Source of the DNA: Rubripirellula sp.
Lineage (GTDB): Bacteria; Planctomycetota; Planctomycetia; Pirellulales; Pirellulaceae
Length of the DNA: 64,000 bases
Direction: 5' to 3'
Assembly (NCBI GenBank): GCA_965216875.1
Contig: OZ244207.1
Span: 4,704,001-4,768,000 of the forward strand
The notes beneath the pieces are model-generated. The model saw only the letters and a list, made by a program, of their open reading frames with translations. It ran no database searches and was not told where the DNA came from. Shown here in pieces: positions 19,422 through 29,399 of this stretch. Position 1 is the stretch's first letter. Every line of letters starts with the position of its first letter. The translations under genes and the position numbers were made by a program.

Positions 19422-20855
19422 GTGACTCAATCGACCACCCACAGCAAGCATCCCGCCACGACCCCATCACGGCGTCAATCGAGCGTGGCCACGTCGACCG
19501 ATGCCGCTGCGCGAATCATCAGTGAAACCGCGCACGACCTTCGCAGCCCGATCACTGCCGTTCGAGAATCGATTCGCTTGGTCTATGACGGTGAGCTTGG
19601 TGAGATCAACCGCGACCAACAGACGCTGCTCGCTGATGCGATTGGGCAATGTGATTGCATGGACCAGATGGTTGGCGACATGGTTCAACTCGATCGTTTG
19701 CGGAACGGTTTACCCCGGGTGCGGCGCCGCTGGGTCAAGATCGACGAGATCCGCCAGTCCATCGATGAAACACTTCGTCCCTGGGCATTGCCGCGACGCA
19801 TCCGCGTCGTTTGGGACGCCAAGTTCGACGACACGCCACAAGTCTTTTGCGATCCGATGGCATTGCGTCGATTGGTTGTGAACCTCGTGACCAACGCAAT
19901 CCGAGTCACTCCAGATGGCGGGCGCGTCCTGGTCGAGCTTCGTCGATCGCGATCGGGCGAGGCGATTCAATGGCGAGTGATTGATCGGGGCATCGGTATT
20001 ACCGAAGCCGAAATGCGACATCTGGCTGACAACCAAGCCAGCAACAGCGGCGGAGAAGGCCTCGGCCTGATGATCTGCCGCCAACTCGCTGCACTGCACG
20101 CTTCCAAACTCAAAATCCGGTCTCGTGTCAGCGTCGGAACGGAAGTCAGTTTTGAAACCGCCTCCGGCGGTCCCGGCGCCGTTGCCTCGTGTTGGTCGCG
20201 TTGGCGAAGCACGTTCCGTCGTACGCCCCAACAGGTTCGATCGAGAACAGCCAATCCTGATCAACGACTTGAAGGCCCCCGCATCGACCCCGCTCAAATC
20301 GCGCGCATTCAACACCCGGTCACGGCCGAGCTAACCGATTGTCGGCACACGCCACGATCCGAGACCATGATGACCGTCGGCATGGTCACACTCGGTGCAG
20401 CGATGTCGCGTGAAGCAACCGACCAGTTTGATGCAGCCCTTCAACATCAGCTGCAGATGTTTGATCTCGCCTACCGCATCGACCTGCGTCATTGGGTTTG
20501 GGTTTTGGACGCCGATTCGACCAGCGTGCAAATGCGAATCGAAGGCATCGACGCAGCGATCGCCCAGCAAATGCCGAACGTACGTGCCAGTTGGGGTCAC
20601 CCCAAAACGCTCGCGATCGGAACCAGCCGTTCCGTTGCCCAATTGACCGACCTGTTGGTTCGCCAATCGCTTTCGGCATCGGCACTAAGCAATGTCGTTG
20701 ACGCGGACTCGGTTCGGCTTGGGACTTCACCGATCGAAGCATCGAAGGTCCCCGCCAATCGTCTGGAAGCCGAAGCAAAGCGACTCGCCTCGGTTTGGCG
20801 TGGCCAAGCGTCGGTGATGCGTCAACACGCACAACGGCTACGCCCCGTGAGCTAA
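19422..20855 (+). CDS. Cytoplasmic histidine kinase with C-terminal extra domain
   Basis: AHDLRSP, NLVTNAIR, DRGIGI, GEGLGL. GTG 19422 has a GGAG RBS; no TM. Confidence 0.82.
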   Translation: MTQSTTHSKHPATTPSRRQSSVATSTDAAARIISETAHDLRSPITAVRESIRLVYDGELGEINRDQQTLLADAIGQCDCMDQMVGDMVQLDRLRNGLPRVRRRWVKIDEIRQSIDETLRPWALPRRIRVVWDAKFDDTPQVFCDPMALRRLVVNLVTNAIRVTPDGGRVLVELRRSRSGEAIQWRVIDRGIGITEAEMRHLADNQASNSGGEGLGLMICRQLAALHASKLKIRSRVSVGTEVSFETASGGPGAVASCWSRWRSTFRRTPQQVRSRTANPDQRLEGPRIDPAQIARIQHPVTAELTDCRHTPRSETMMTVGMVTLGAAMSREATDQFDAALQHQLQMFDLAYRIDLRHWVWVLDADSTSVQMRIEGIDAAIAQQMPNVRASWGHPKTLAIGTSRSVAQLTDLLVRQSLSASALSNVVDADSVRLGTSPIEASKVPANRLEAEAKRLASVWRGQASVMRQHAQRLRPVS

Positions 20856-20860
20856 AGCTT

Positions 20861-20957
20861 CGTAGCTGCGCTGGCCAGTTCGTAGTACCGAGCTTCAAGA
20901 GCGTGTTGGGCCCGACGCTAGCGCGTGCGGCTCACGGGCGTAGCGCGCTCGGCTCAC
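20861..20957. repeat. REP cluster: fragments of families B and C, family A (-) at 20909-20935, partial A at 20941-20957
   Basis: Sequence match to other copies. Confidence 0.8.
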
Positions 20958-20995
20958 AAAAAAAGCCGCGGAACTCATTTGAGTCTCGCGGCTTT
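20958..20995. terminator. Probable bidirectional intrinsic terminator
   Basis: A7-GCCGCG...ACTCA/TGAGT...CGCGGC-TTT between convergent genes. Confidence 0.75.
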
Positions 20996-21018
20996 GTGTT
21001 GGATTCAGTGAAGTCGGA

Positions 21019-22518
21019 TCATGGAGGAAGGATCTTATTATCCTTTTGAATTCCCTCGTCAGACTCGGTGTGGTGTCTCGGCAACTGCGTCGGCATCCGT
21101 GACTGTTTGTTGGGCAAACGGTCGGGCTGGAAGTCCTCGGCACGCGCCGCTGAACCAAGTGGCGTGGTCAACGAGTTATCCATGATCTTCAAGTAGTTTT
21201 GCAGCTTCCACGCGGGGATGATGGTCAAGCCCTTCTCGGTTGCCTCGGCCTTGACAACACCGATCGCCTTGATGGATTGAGCCAATCGATCGGCTGCTGC
21301 GAGGTCGACGTCGTCTGCAAGCTCAGGTGGCTCGCCAACAACGAGGAAGCGAATGGTCGGGTCGAGTTTTCCAGTGATTTGACCGGTCGCGGAGACCTCT
21401 GCGGCAACCTCGGCACCAGCGGCAAGGATCATGCCTTTGATTGCTGAATTGTCTGGACGGCCATCTCCATCGATGTCGATGTCGCCGGCCAACGCAATCT
21501 TCACACGACGTCCTGGAGCCCAGAACGGCGAATAGATGAAGTCACCTGGAATGATCGGGTGCTCGATTTCGGGGCGAGCCACCACGCGAGCTTCGGCCAA
21601 GTGATCACCACGGATTTGAGTGACTTGAATGGTGGCTTTGACCTTGGCATCTTGCAGCCGAGTTTCGTCGCCATCGATGACGCCAAAGGTGACACCGGTG
21701 CGAAGATCATCGGCACTGCCCAAGTTGATCGTGACCACGTGGCCTTCGTGATAGACGTAGCGAATCTCGCCTTGGGTGGTTTCGAAGCGATCGTTTTGAA
21801 GTTCGTTCAGGCGAATCTTCTGAGTATCGATCGTGCCTTGCAACTTCTCGGCGTGACGGGAAAGTGTGTCTTTTTCTTTCGATGCTTGAGCTCGGAACGC
21901 GTCGTATTCCTTCACCTTCTTGGTCAAGGCGTCACGGGTCTGTTCCTTCTCGAGATTGATCTGGTCGCGGTATTGAGCAAACTGCTTCGTTTCCTCGTCA
22001 AGCTTCTTTTCCGCTTCCGTTTGTTTCGTTTCGGCAGCATCCTTTGCTTGGATCGCGGCGTCGACATCGGCGTTGGCATCGTCACGCACTTTCACCACTT
22101 CGTCGCGTGCCGCGTTGACCGATTCGTTCTTCAAGCGAATCGTACGGACGAAGAACTCAGGAAATGCCTTGTAGTTTCGATTCTGGTCGCCAACATCACC
22201 CAAATAAGCCATGTCCTTGACGTACTGGGATTCAATCTCGGCCATTTGCGGATCAGCACTCACCGACTCCTTCATTCGCTCGAATTCAGCTTCGGTCAAA
22301 CCACCAAAACCAATCATCGCTTTGAGGAGGGTCACCTGGCCCTCGAGGGTTTGCAACTCGTTGTTTGCATTCTGCAGATCGGTTTTTGCCTTCGCTTCGG
22401 TTTCCGCAGCGCGGTCGCCCCACATCCAGAGCATTGCGTTGAGAGCGATCGAAAGGACCAAAAAGATCATGCAGGCAATCAAACTGCCGCGGATCACTGA
22501 GTCGTCACGGACTGCCAT
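21019..22518 (-). CDS. Membrane-anchored coiled-coil protein with C-terminal beta-rich and BRCT-like regions
   Basis: N-terminal TM, ~200-aa heptad-rich region, TINLGSADDLRTGVTFGV, and IALAG...ILAAGAEV...TIRFLVVGE. Confidence 0.8.
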   Translation of the reverse strand: MAVRDDSVIRGSLIACMIFLVLSIALNAMLWMWGDRAAETEAKAKTDLQNANNELQTLEGQVTLLKAMIGFGGLTEAEFERMKESVSADPQMAEIESQYVKDMAYLGDVGDQNRNYKAFPEFFVRTIRLKNESVNAARDEVVKVRDDANADVDAAIQAKDAAETKQTEAEKKLDEETKQFAQYRDQINLEKEQTRDALTKKVKEYDAFRAQASKEKDTLSRHAEKLQGTIDTQKIRLNELQNDRFETTQGEIRYVYHEGHVVTINLGSADDLRTGVTFGVIDGDETRLQDAKVKATIQVTQIRGDHLAEARVVARPEIEHPIIPGDFIYSPFWAPGRRVKIALAGDIDIDGDGRPDNSAIKGMILAAGAEVAAEVSATGQITGKLDPTIRFLVVGEPPELADDVDLAAADRLAQSIKAIGVVKAEATEKGLTIIPAWKLQNYLKIMDNSLTTPLGSAARAEDFQPDRLPNKQSRMPTQLPRHHTESDEGIQKDNKILPP

Positions 22519-23118
22519 GTTCGAGCCGTTAAGGGGAATTGGGTCACGAGAAAGTGGGAAAAGCGGGGCTTTAGGCCGCCGGTACAGCCTATACAGAGAC
22601 TGACGTTATTCTACTATCAAGCGAACAAAATGATCGGCAGGCCAGGGAATTTCTATCTCTTTTGCCGGTTATCCCCATCTTGACAGCAACGAATACCTGA
22701 GCTGCCCCCATTTTCCAGAGGGATTCGCCCACAGCCGAGGGCTGCAGACTTCAATGTGGTTCCACGGATCGCCCCAGTGAGCCCCGATTGCGTAACTGGC
22801 GGCTCACCTGCTCGTCCCGCTATTGTCGCCTCGCTCGCCCAATTGGACCGAAAGTGTGAAGATTCCGGCTGAGAAGGGGCAACGGACGGACGGACACTCA
22901 TTTTCCGCGCTCTGATTGTGCCACAAATTGGCCCGAAACCTTCCCTAGACAGAGTGGTTATTATGAGTGGACCTACCAATGAACGCAGATCCACTGCGAA
23001 AACACCAACGAGGGGAATCGGCCCTGCCCGAACACCACCCCCTCGGTCTGGGTAATACGAGACAGAAAACAAACATGGCGGCCGACCGCCCAACCTTCAC
23101 AAACCGATAGCTGGAAAC

Positions 23119-23577
23119 ATGCATCAGCGCCGAAATTCACATCGCTCCAACCTCAACACCTGTGCGGACCGTCCTTCGCACTGCCGTGCTCGGTCTGGTT
23201 TCACTCTGCTCGAACTCCTGCTCGTCTTGTCGATCCTTGTTGTGATTGGCGGAATCGCGATGGTGAACTTGGGCACCGCCTCTAACGATGCCAAGAATGA
23301 CGCGACTCGGGCTCAGATCAAGCAGATTGAGGACTCGATCAGCTACTACAAGATTCGCATGGGCTCACTTCCGGACAGCCTCGAAGCGCTTCGCGACGGA
23401 CCAAGCGATTCGGCCAAGAAAGCGAAATGGACGGGCCCCATCATGGACGACGTGCCAAAGGATGCTTGGGAACAAGACTTCCAGTACTCCCTCAACGGCA
23501 ACTCCTACGAGATTCGAAGTGGTGGTGTTGATGGCCAAATCAACACGGACGACGACATCACGGCCGAAGGATCCTGA
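23119..23577 (+). CDS. gspG: Type II secretion major pseudopilin
   Basis: Prepilin site G|FTLLE; C-terminal PKDAW..FQY and IRSGG.DG....DDDI. Confidence 0.88.
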   Translation: MHQRRNSHRSNLNTCADRPSHCRARSGFTLLELLLVLSILVVIGGIAMVNLGTASNDAKNDATRAQIKQIEDSISYYKIRMGSLPDSLEALRDGPSDSAKKAKWTGPIMDDVPKDAWEQDFQYSLNGNSYEIRSGGVDGQINTDDDITAEGS

Positions 23578-23664
23578 TTCCTTCTCGCAGCCTCGCCAAG
23601 CGGGGCGAATGCAGCAGAGATCGCTCCGCCTAAGTTAAGGGAAAGGAGCAAGGCGCGCGGGGAT

Positions 23665-24384
23665 TTGGCCGCCGGCTCGTTCGGCGAAGGACATGCCACT
23701 TTGCACAATCGACCAGCTTGCCAATGGCAAGCTGGTTCGTTTGATTCATCCACCCCAACCGAGACCCATCGCGTGCTCGCTTCTGGTCGCAACGGATTTA
23801 CGCTACTCGAATTGCTGCTGGTACTGGCCGTACTGGCTGCGGTTGCGTCAATCGTGCTGCCTCAGACAGGCATTTTGTTGGGCGACCGCCAGTTGGTCCG
23901 AAGTGGCGAAATCGTGCGTATCGAATTGACGCGGTTGCGCGTCGACGCGATGCGACAAGGTCGCGTGATGATCTTCCAAGGCGAACTCGAAGGCAACTCG
24001 TTCGAAATCAAACCGTTCCAGTCTTTTTCAGATGCGACGGAATCGATGGAACAGGTTGGTTCGCAATCGGCGTTGTTGACCGGCGCGTCTCAAGCACTCG
24101 CGGTCGCCCCGCAAGGTTCCAGCACCACTCGGAACGTCCCGCTTACCGAAGGCGTGACGATTGAATCGGTCGCTACCGTCTCGGCCGCCCGCGCCTTTGA
24201 GATTCAGCAGTCGACCGAGGCAGCGACCCAAACCGGCAACCTCAGTCAGCCGATTCTGTTCTACCCCGACGGTTCGACAAGCACAGCCGCGGTCACGCTC
24301 AAACATGAGACGATGGGACGCATCGTCGTCAAGCTACGCGGCATCACGGGCGACGCGACCGTAAGCGAGGTGCTGCCGCTATGA
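23665..24384 (+). CDS. gspH: Minor pseudopilin, GspH/FimT-like (true start probably downstream, e.g. 23701 or 23773)
   Basis: G|FTLLE; ILFYPDGSTS and RGITG motifs; position after gspG. Confidence 0.78.
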   Translation: MAAGSFGEGHATLHNRPACQWQAGSFDSSTPTETHRVLASGRNGFTLLELLLVLAVLAAVASIVLPQTGILLGDRQLVRSGEIVRIELTRLRVDAMRQGRVMIFQGELEGNSFEIKPFQSFSDATESMEQVGSQSALLTGASQALAVAPQGSSTTRNVPLTEGVTIESVATVSAARAFEIQQSTEAATQTGNLSQPILFYPDGSTSTAAVTLKHETMGRIVVKLRGITGDATVSEVLPL

Positions 24385-24878
24385 GGCTCTCGACAGATCA
24401 TCGAGTTCGCAGACAGCGGCGTGGTTTTTCGCTCTTGGAAATCCTGCTCGCCTTGGCGATTCTGGGCAGCTCCCTCGCGATCCTCAGCACGATCGTTTCG
24501 CGCGGCGCCAATGCGGGCTTGGTCGCGCGCGACTTGGCGATCGCAAGAATCCTCTGCCAAACAAAAATGGCCGAGGTGATGCTTGATGCAACCGGCGGCG
24601 TCTCACCCACCTCGTCACCTGCCGCTCCGATTCAATCGTTCGATTCCGATTCGTTCACAGCTTTCACGCAAACGGTTGAAGTGAGCCCAGCCCCCATGGA
24701 TGGCCTCTTGATGGTGAAGGTCACGATTGAAGGACTCGATTCGGAATCGGGTGCCGTTCGCGCACGACATGCACTGTCTCGCTGGATGATTGACCCGCTA
24801 CTCGGTTTGGAAGCGGCCGAGGTCGAGGAGCAGCTGGCACGGGAACAAGCATCCTCAGCGGCGGAGGGTGAAGGCTAA
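24381..24878 (+). CDS. gspI: Minor pseudopilin, GspI-like
   Basis: RRG|FSLLEILLALAI; ATGA overlap; operon position. Confidence 0.78.
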   Translation: MRLSTDHRVRRQRRGFSLLEILLALAILGSSLAILSTIVSRGANAGLVARDLAIARILCQTKMAEVMLDATGGVSPTSSPAAPIQSFDSDSFTAFTQTVEVSPAPMDGLLMVKVTIEGLDSESGAVRARHALSRWMIDPLLGLEAAEVEEQLAREQASSAAEGEG

Positions 24879-25864
24879 TGCAACGCCCCAATGCACATCA
24901 CCGCGGATTCACACTTCTGGAATTGCTTTTGACCCTTGCGCTTTCGGTGGTCTTGATCGGATTGGTCGGCGGAACACTTAAGTTCTACGCGGTCGACATG
25001 AACATTCGCGACCTCGAAGTCCGCCAAACCCATTTGGCAGCGGTCGTCATGCAAATGATCGAAGACGACCTTCGAGCAACGCTGCACAGCGAACCGGTCG
25101 ACACTGACGGGCTTGAAGCATTGTTCGCAGCAACCGCTGCCAATCTTGGAACTTCTCCAGCCGACGGAGCAGGTGCGACCGACCCGGACCAAGACCTTTC
25201 AGCGGCCGGGATCGATTCTGACATTGAAGACGAAACCCTTGCGGCCGATTCATCCGCCGACCTGCAGACCAGCGCTGCAATCTTGGAAACTCCCGGACTC
25301 ATCGGCAACCAATTCCAAATCCAAATCGATATCAGTCGATTGCCTCGCCTGGAAGAGTACCTCCCTGTCTTCGATACCAACACGGCCAATATCGACGACG
25401 TTCCCAGCGACATCAAAACGGTTTCTTACTTTGTTCAACCCGCCGGCGCTGTGACCGGAATCAACGATGCCTTGTTGGAAGTTGAGGATGCGTCTGGAAC
25501 GGAACCAACCGGCGGCCTGGTGCGACGTTCGCTCGACCGCGCGGCAACCATTTACGCCACCGAACAAAGTGGAGCTGCATTGCTCAATCAAACCGGCGAG
25601 CTGCTTGCCCCTGAGATCACGGGCATTGAGTTTGCCTACTGGGACGGGATGACGTGGCAGATGCAGTGGAGCAGCGATACTTATGGCGAGCTTCCGCTTG
25701 CCGTTCGCGTCCAACTTTACATGGCCGATCCGGCAGATGCCCTTTCCGGGAACGTCACGTCAACCGAGCAGCGAACATTCATGCACGTGATTCGCTTGCC
25801 GATGGCTCGCGTGCTTGAAGAAGAAGAGTCCGAAGAAGAAGAGTCGGAGGTCACAGGCATATGA
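24878..25864 (+). CDS. gspJ: Minor pseudopilin, GspJ-like
   Basis: RG|FTLLE; FAYWDG.TW...W....LPLAV motif; operon position. Confidence 0.8.
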   Translation: MQRPNAHHRGFTLLELLLTLALSVVLIGLVGGTLKFYAVDMNIRDLEVRQTHLAAVVMQMIEDDLRATLHSEPVDTDGLEALFAATAANLGTSPADGAGATDPDQDLSAAGIDSDIEDETLAADSSADLQTSAAILETPGLIGNQFQIQIDISRLPRLEEYLPVFDTNTANIDDVPSDIKTVSYFVQPAGAVTGINDALLEVEDASGTEPTGGLVRRSLDRAATIYATEQSGAALLNQTGELLAPEITGIEFAYWDGMTWQMQWSSDTYGELPLAVRVQLYMADPADALSGNVTSTEQRTFMHVIRLPMARVLEEEESEEEESEVTGI

Positions 25865-27540
25865 TCCCTCGTCTACGCCGCGGATTCTTTTTGATCATCG
25901 TGATGGTCGTCATTGCAGTGGCCACCTTCGCCGCCTACTCGTTCACCGAGTTGATGTTGGCTTACTACGATTCGTCCGACTTGTCGGCAGACATCGTGCA
26001 AGCGCGAATGAACGTCGAATCGGGATCCGAGATGTGCCGTCTGGTGCTCACCAATCCGCCCGAGTCTCGCGTCGACATGGGAGGTGTCTACAACAATCCA
26101 CAATTGTTCCAGGGCATTGTGGCTTCGATGGGAATCGATGGGGTCACGCCGTCGAACTTCACGGTCATTGCGCCTGGACTGGACGAACTTGGTCGCTACG
26201 GCGGAATCCGATTCGGCCTCCAGAACGAATCGGCTCGGTTGAACGTCAACGCCTTGCCGATCCTCGAAAAGTACTCCGATGCGTTGATGCCAATGGTCGC
26301 TTTGACCAGCGGCGAACTCGACGAAGACTCGGAACTCGACAGCGAGAACATTGCCGTCTCGTTGCTGATGTCTCTGCCGAACATGACCGAGGACATCGCC
26401 GAAGCGATCTTGGACTGGCTTGACGAAGATGAGATCGCGCGCGACTACGGCGCCGAGGTCGACTATTACGGCACGCTGCCAACGCCCTACGAACCGGCCA
26501 ACGGCCCACTAAAAAGTGTCGACGACTTGCTGCTGGTCAAAGGAGTGACGCCAACACTTCTGTTTGGGGCCGACGCGAATCGCAACGGTGTGATCGATGG
26601 TGACGAACAGCAACGGTTTGGCGTCAGCATCGATACGGCAGGGGCGCTCGGTTGGTCGGCTTACTTGACCGTCCATGGATCCGAAGCGAACAAGACGCGG
26701 GCGGGCGAATTCCGGGTCAATGTCAATCAAAGCGACATGGAATTGCTGTACGAGGAATTATCAACCGCCCTCGGCAATGACCTCTACGCCAGCTTCATCG
26801 TCGCCTATCGCATCGCAGGCCAATCCTCGTCGACCGCAGCGACGATCAACGTGGCGACCGGCAACAACCGCAACCCTCAGTCTCAAGCCGAGCCAGGCGG
26901 GCCCTGGACCACGGACTTGCTCGATGAAATGGATTTGACCGGCGGTGGGGGCACGTCGCTCAACCAAGTCTTGGACTTGATCGATTCGACCGTGACCATC
27001 GGATCGGGTGAAAACGCCAAGAGCTACACGTCGCCCTTCCCAGGTGATCCGATTTCGATGGCGATCTATTTGCCAATCATCATGGATCTCCTTTCGACAC
27101 AAGATGTCGACCAGATGCCGGGACGAATTAACATCAATGAATGCCCTGCCGAATTGCTGTATGGCATTCCGCTACTGAGCGAGGAATCGGTCGAAGCGAT
27201 CCTCGAGGCTCGAAGCACAGACTCGGACGACCCCAATCGAAGCTTTGAGACCTGGCCCATGGCGGAGGGCATTTTGACCGTTGACGAAATGCGTGCGTTG
27301 TTGCCGTTGGTCACCTGTGGTGGCGATGTCTATCGAGCGCAGATCGTTGGCTATTTCGAAACCGTTGCCGCCTCACATCGTGCGGAAGTGATCATTGATG
27401 CCACCACCGTGAATCCCAAAGTCGTGTCATGGCGCGACTTCAGTCACTTGGGTCGAGGATTCGACATTGCCGTGCTGGGTCTGCGAGGCGGGGTCGTTGC
27501 CACCGCGGGATCGGAAACGGACACCACCGCCAGCCAATAA
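25861..27540 (+). CDS. gspK: Minor pseudopilin GspK
   Basis: RRG|FFLIIV lacking E5; ESARLNVN, AILDWLDED, GAE..YY, DLLLVKGVT, GRININ. Confidence 0.88.
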   Translation: MIPRLRRGFFLIIVMVVIAVATFAAYSFTELMLAYYDSSDLSADIVQARMNVESGSEMCRLVLTNPPESRVDMGGVYNNPQLFQGIVASMGIDGVTPSNFTVIAPGLDELGRYGGIRFGLQNESARLNVNALPILEKYSDALMPMVALTSGELDEDSELDSENIAVSLLMSLPNMTEDIAEAILDWLDEDEIARDYGAEVDYYGTLPTPYEPANGPLKSVDDLLLVKGVTPTLLFGADANRNGVIDGDEQQRFGVSIDTAGALGWSAYLTVHGSEANKTRAGEFRVNVNQSDMELLYEELSTALGNDLYASFIVAYRIAGQSSSTAATINVATGNNRNPQSQAEPGGPWTTDLLDEMDLTGGGGTSLNQVLDLIDSTVTIGSGENAKSYTSPFPGDPISMAIYLPIIMDLLSTQDVDQMPGRININECPAELLYGIPLLSEESVEAILEARSTDSDDPNRSFETWPMAEGILTVDEMRALLPLVTCGGDVYRAQIVGYFETVAASHRAEVIIDATTVNPKVVSWRDFSHLGRGFDIAVLGLRGGVVATAGSETDTTASQ

Positions 27541-27602
27541 CAAAGATCTACCTGTACGTTTAAGTAAGGCAGTAGCGTCAAACGACGAAGCCGAGAATTG
27601 AT

Positions 27603-29399
27603 ATGCCAAAGAAACTAGCCATCGACTGGGATGACCAGGAACTGCGATTGGTTGCCGCTTCGTGCAGCGGTGCCAACGTCAAGGTTACCGATGCGGCGGT
27701 GATTCCGATCGAAAACTCAAGCGTGATTGAAACGCTTCGCGAAGCCATCTCGCGACGTGGCCTTGAGTCGACCGAAACACTTGTTGCCATCGGCCGCGGT
27801 CGAGCAGAACTGCGCGAACTGCAATTGCCCCCCGTTCCGGACGACGAGCTTCCGGACATGGTTCGCTTCCAGGCGATCCGCAGTTTTGCCTCCTCGGGCG
27901 ATCAATCAACCGTCGACTTCCTGGTGACTCGCCGCAAGGATGACGGCGTCGAAATGATTGCTGCCGCCGTCGGCCCCGACAGTCTTTCGGAAATCCAAAA
28001 GACATGCGAAGCGACCGACCTTTCGATCAAACGCATCGGACTTCGCCCGTTGGCCGCCGCCGCGTTGTACTTGACCAAGAACGCGTCTTCGGGCGACGGC
28101 GACGTGGTTCTGATTGACCTGCTTGCCGATGATGCCGAAATCGTTGTGGCTCGAGACGGCAAAGTGATCTTTGTCCGCACGGTGCGCATGCCTACCGCGG
28201 CCGCGGCCAGACCCAAGGCGCTCGCCGGCGAACTCAAACGAAGTTTGGTCGCATGTGGTTCAAGCGGATCACTTGGCCGTGTGGTCTTGTGGGGTCTCGA
28301 GTCGGTTCATCGTGACGATATCGAGATGCTCAGCGACGCTTCAGGCACATCGGTCGAAGTACTCGACCCGTTCCAGCTGGTCGATGTCGACCGCAAACTT
28401 CGCAGCGAGCTTCCAGAGCATGTCGGGCGACTCGCGCCGCTCGTTGGTTTGATCGCGAGCGACGAACAACACAGCGATCGGCTGATCGACTTCTTGAACC
28501 CGCGCGAGAAGGTCGAGGAAGTCCCCAATCCGATCAAGAAATACGCGATGATCGGCGTCCCGGTCGCAGCGGCGCTCGCTTTGGCGTTGATGACCTACCA
28601 ACAACTCAAGGGTATGGACGAGCGGATCACATCGATGCGCAATGAAAACGCCCAGATGAAGCCCAAGGTTGACGACGCGCTGAAAAAGATCGCCAAGACA
28701 GACAGTGTCGACGAGTTCCTTGACCTGAACGTCAACTGGCTCAACGAATTGCGTCGAGTCGCCGTGAACATGCCGCCCTCGGACAAAATGATTGTTCGTG
28801 GCATTAATGCCGGTGGCGATGTTCGCAACAGTGGCGGCAAACTGACGATCACCGGCGGTGTCACCGACCCAGACGTGTTGCACGTGCTCGAAAAGGCGCT
28901 GCTTGACGATGACCACAGCGTGCTCAGTGACGGTTCGTCGCTTCAAGAAAACGCCAAAGACGCGTACAAGTGGACCGCAAACGAAACGATCACCATTTCC
29001 GGCGCGGCTGTCCGCAATGCTCGATACGCTGCCTATGAAGCGATGCTTGTTGCCGAGATGGAATCCGATTCGGAAGCCGACATGGCAAGTGATTCCGAAA
29101 CGGCCAGCGACCCGCAAGACGATTCCGAAGCGACCGAACAACAAGACGTCGAGGAAGCCGAAACCAACGCGACTGCTGAGTCCGATGAAGCGGACGAAGC
29201 AGACGCCGCGACGAAACCGGACGTCGAACCAACAGCGGACGTCGAACCAACAGCGGACGTCGAACCAACGGCGGACGACAACAAGGATGGCGAAGGCGAT
29301 CCTGATCCGCCCGACACACCGTCGGATGGGCTCGACGTCAACAACACACCAATCACCGAAGAATTTGCCTCCGAAAGCGACCAGGAGGTGGCATCATGA
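27603..29399 (+). CDS. PilM-PilN (GspL-like) fusion with acidic C-terminal tail
   Basis: Actin-like N-terminus (LAIDWD, LPPVPDDELPDMVRFQA, VLIDL, FVRT), IDFLNPR, TM, coiled coil, PilN-like domain. Confidence 0.82.
   Translation: MPKKLAIDWDDQELRLVAASCSGANVKVTDAAVIPIENSSVIETLREAISRRGLESTETLVAIGRGRAELRELQLPPVPDDELPDMVRFQAIRSFASSGDQSTVDFLVTRRKDDGVEMIAAAVGPDSLSEIQKTCEATDLSIKRIGLRPLAAAALYLTKNASSGDGDVVLIDLLADDAEIVVARDGKVIFVRTVRMPTAAAARPKALAGELKRSLVACGSSGSLGRVVLWGLESVHRDDIEMLSDASGTSVEVLDPFQLVDVDRKLRSELPEHVGRLAPLVGLIASDEQHSDRLIDFLNPREKVEEVPNPIKKYAMIGVPVAAALALALMTYQQLKGMDERITSMRNENAQMKPKVDDALKKIAKTDSVDEFLDLNVNWLNELRRVAVNMPPSDKMIVRGINAGGDVRNSGGKLTITGGVTDPDVLHVLEKALLDDDHSVLSDGSSLQENAKDAYKWTANETITISGAAVRNARYAAYEAMLVAEMESDSEADMASDSETASDPQDDSEATEQQDVEEAETNATAESDEADEADAATKPDVEPTADVEPTADVEPTADDNKDGEGDPDPPDTPSDGLDVNNTPITEEFASESDQEVAS
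29219..29276 (+). repeat. 18-bp tandem repeat x3 (GGACGTCGAACCAACAGC; DVEPTA)
   Basis: Three consecutive units, one mismatch in the third. Confidence 0.92.

Noticed and set aside
22519..23118. Small ORF (22653-23093) or sigma-28 promoters in the 600-bp divergent region
   Set aside because: The ORF has no motif or RBS support, and the GCCGAT-like hexamers lack a correctly spaced -35.
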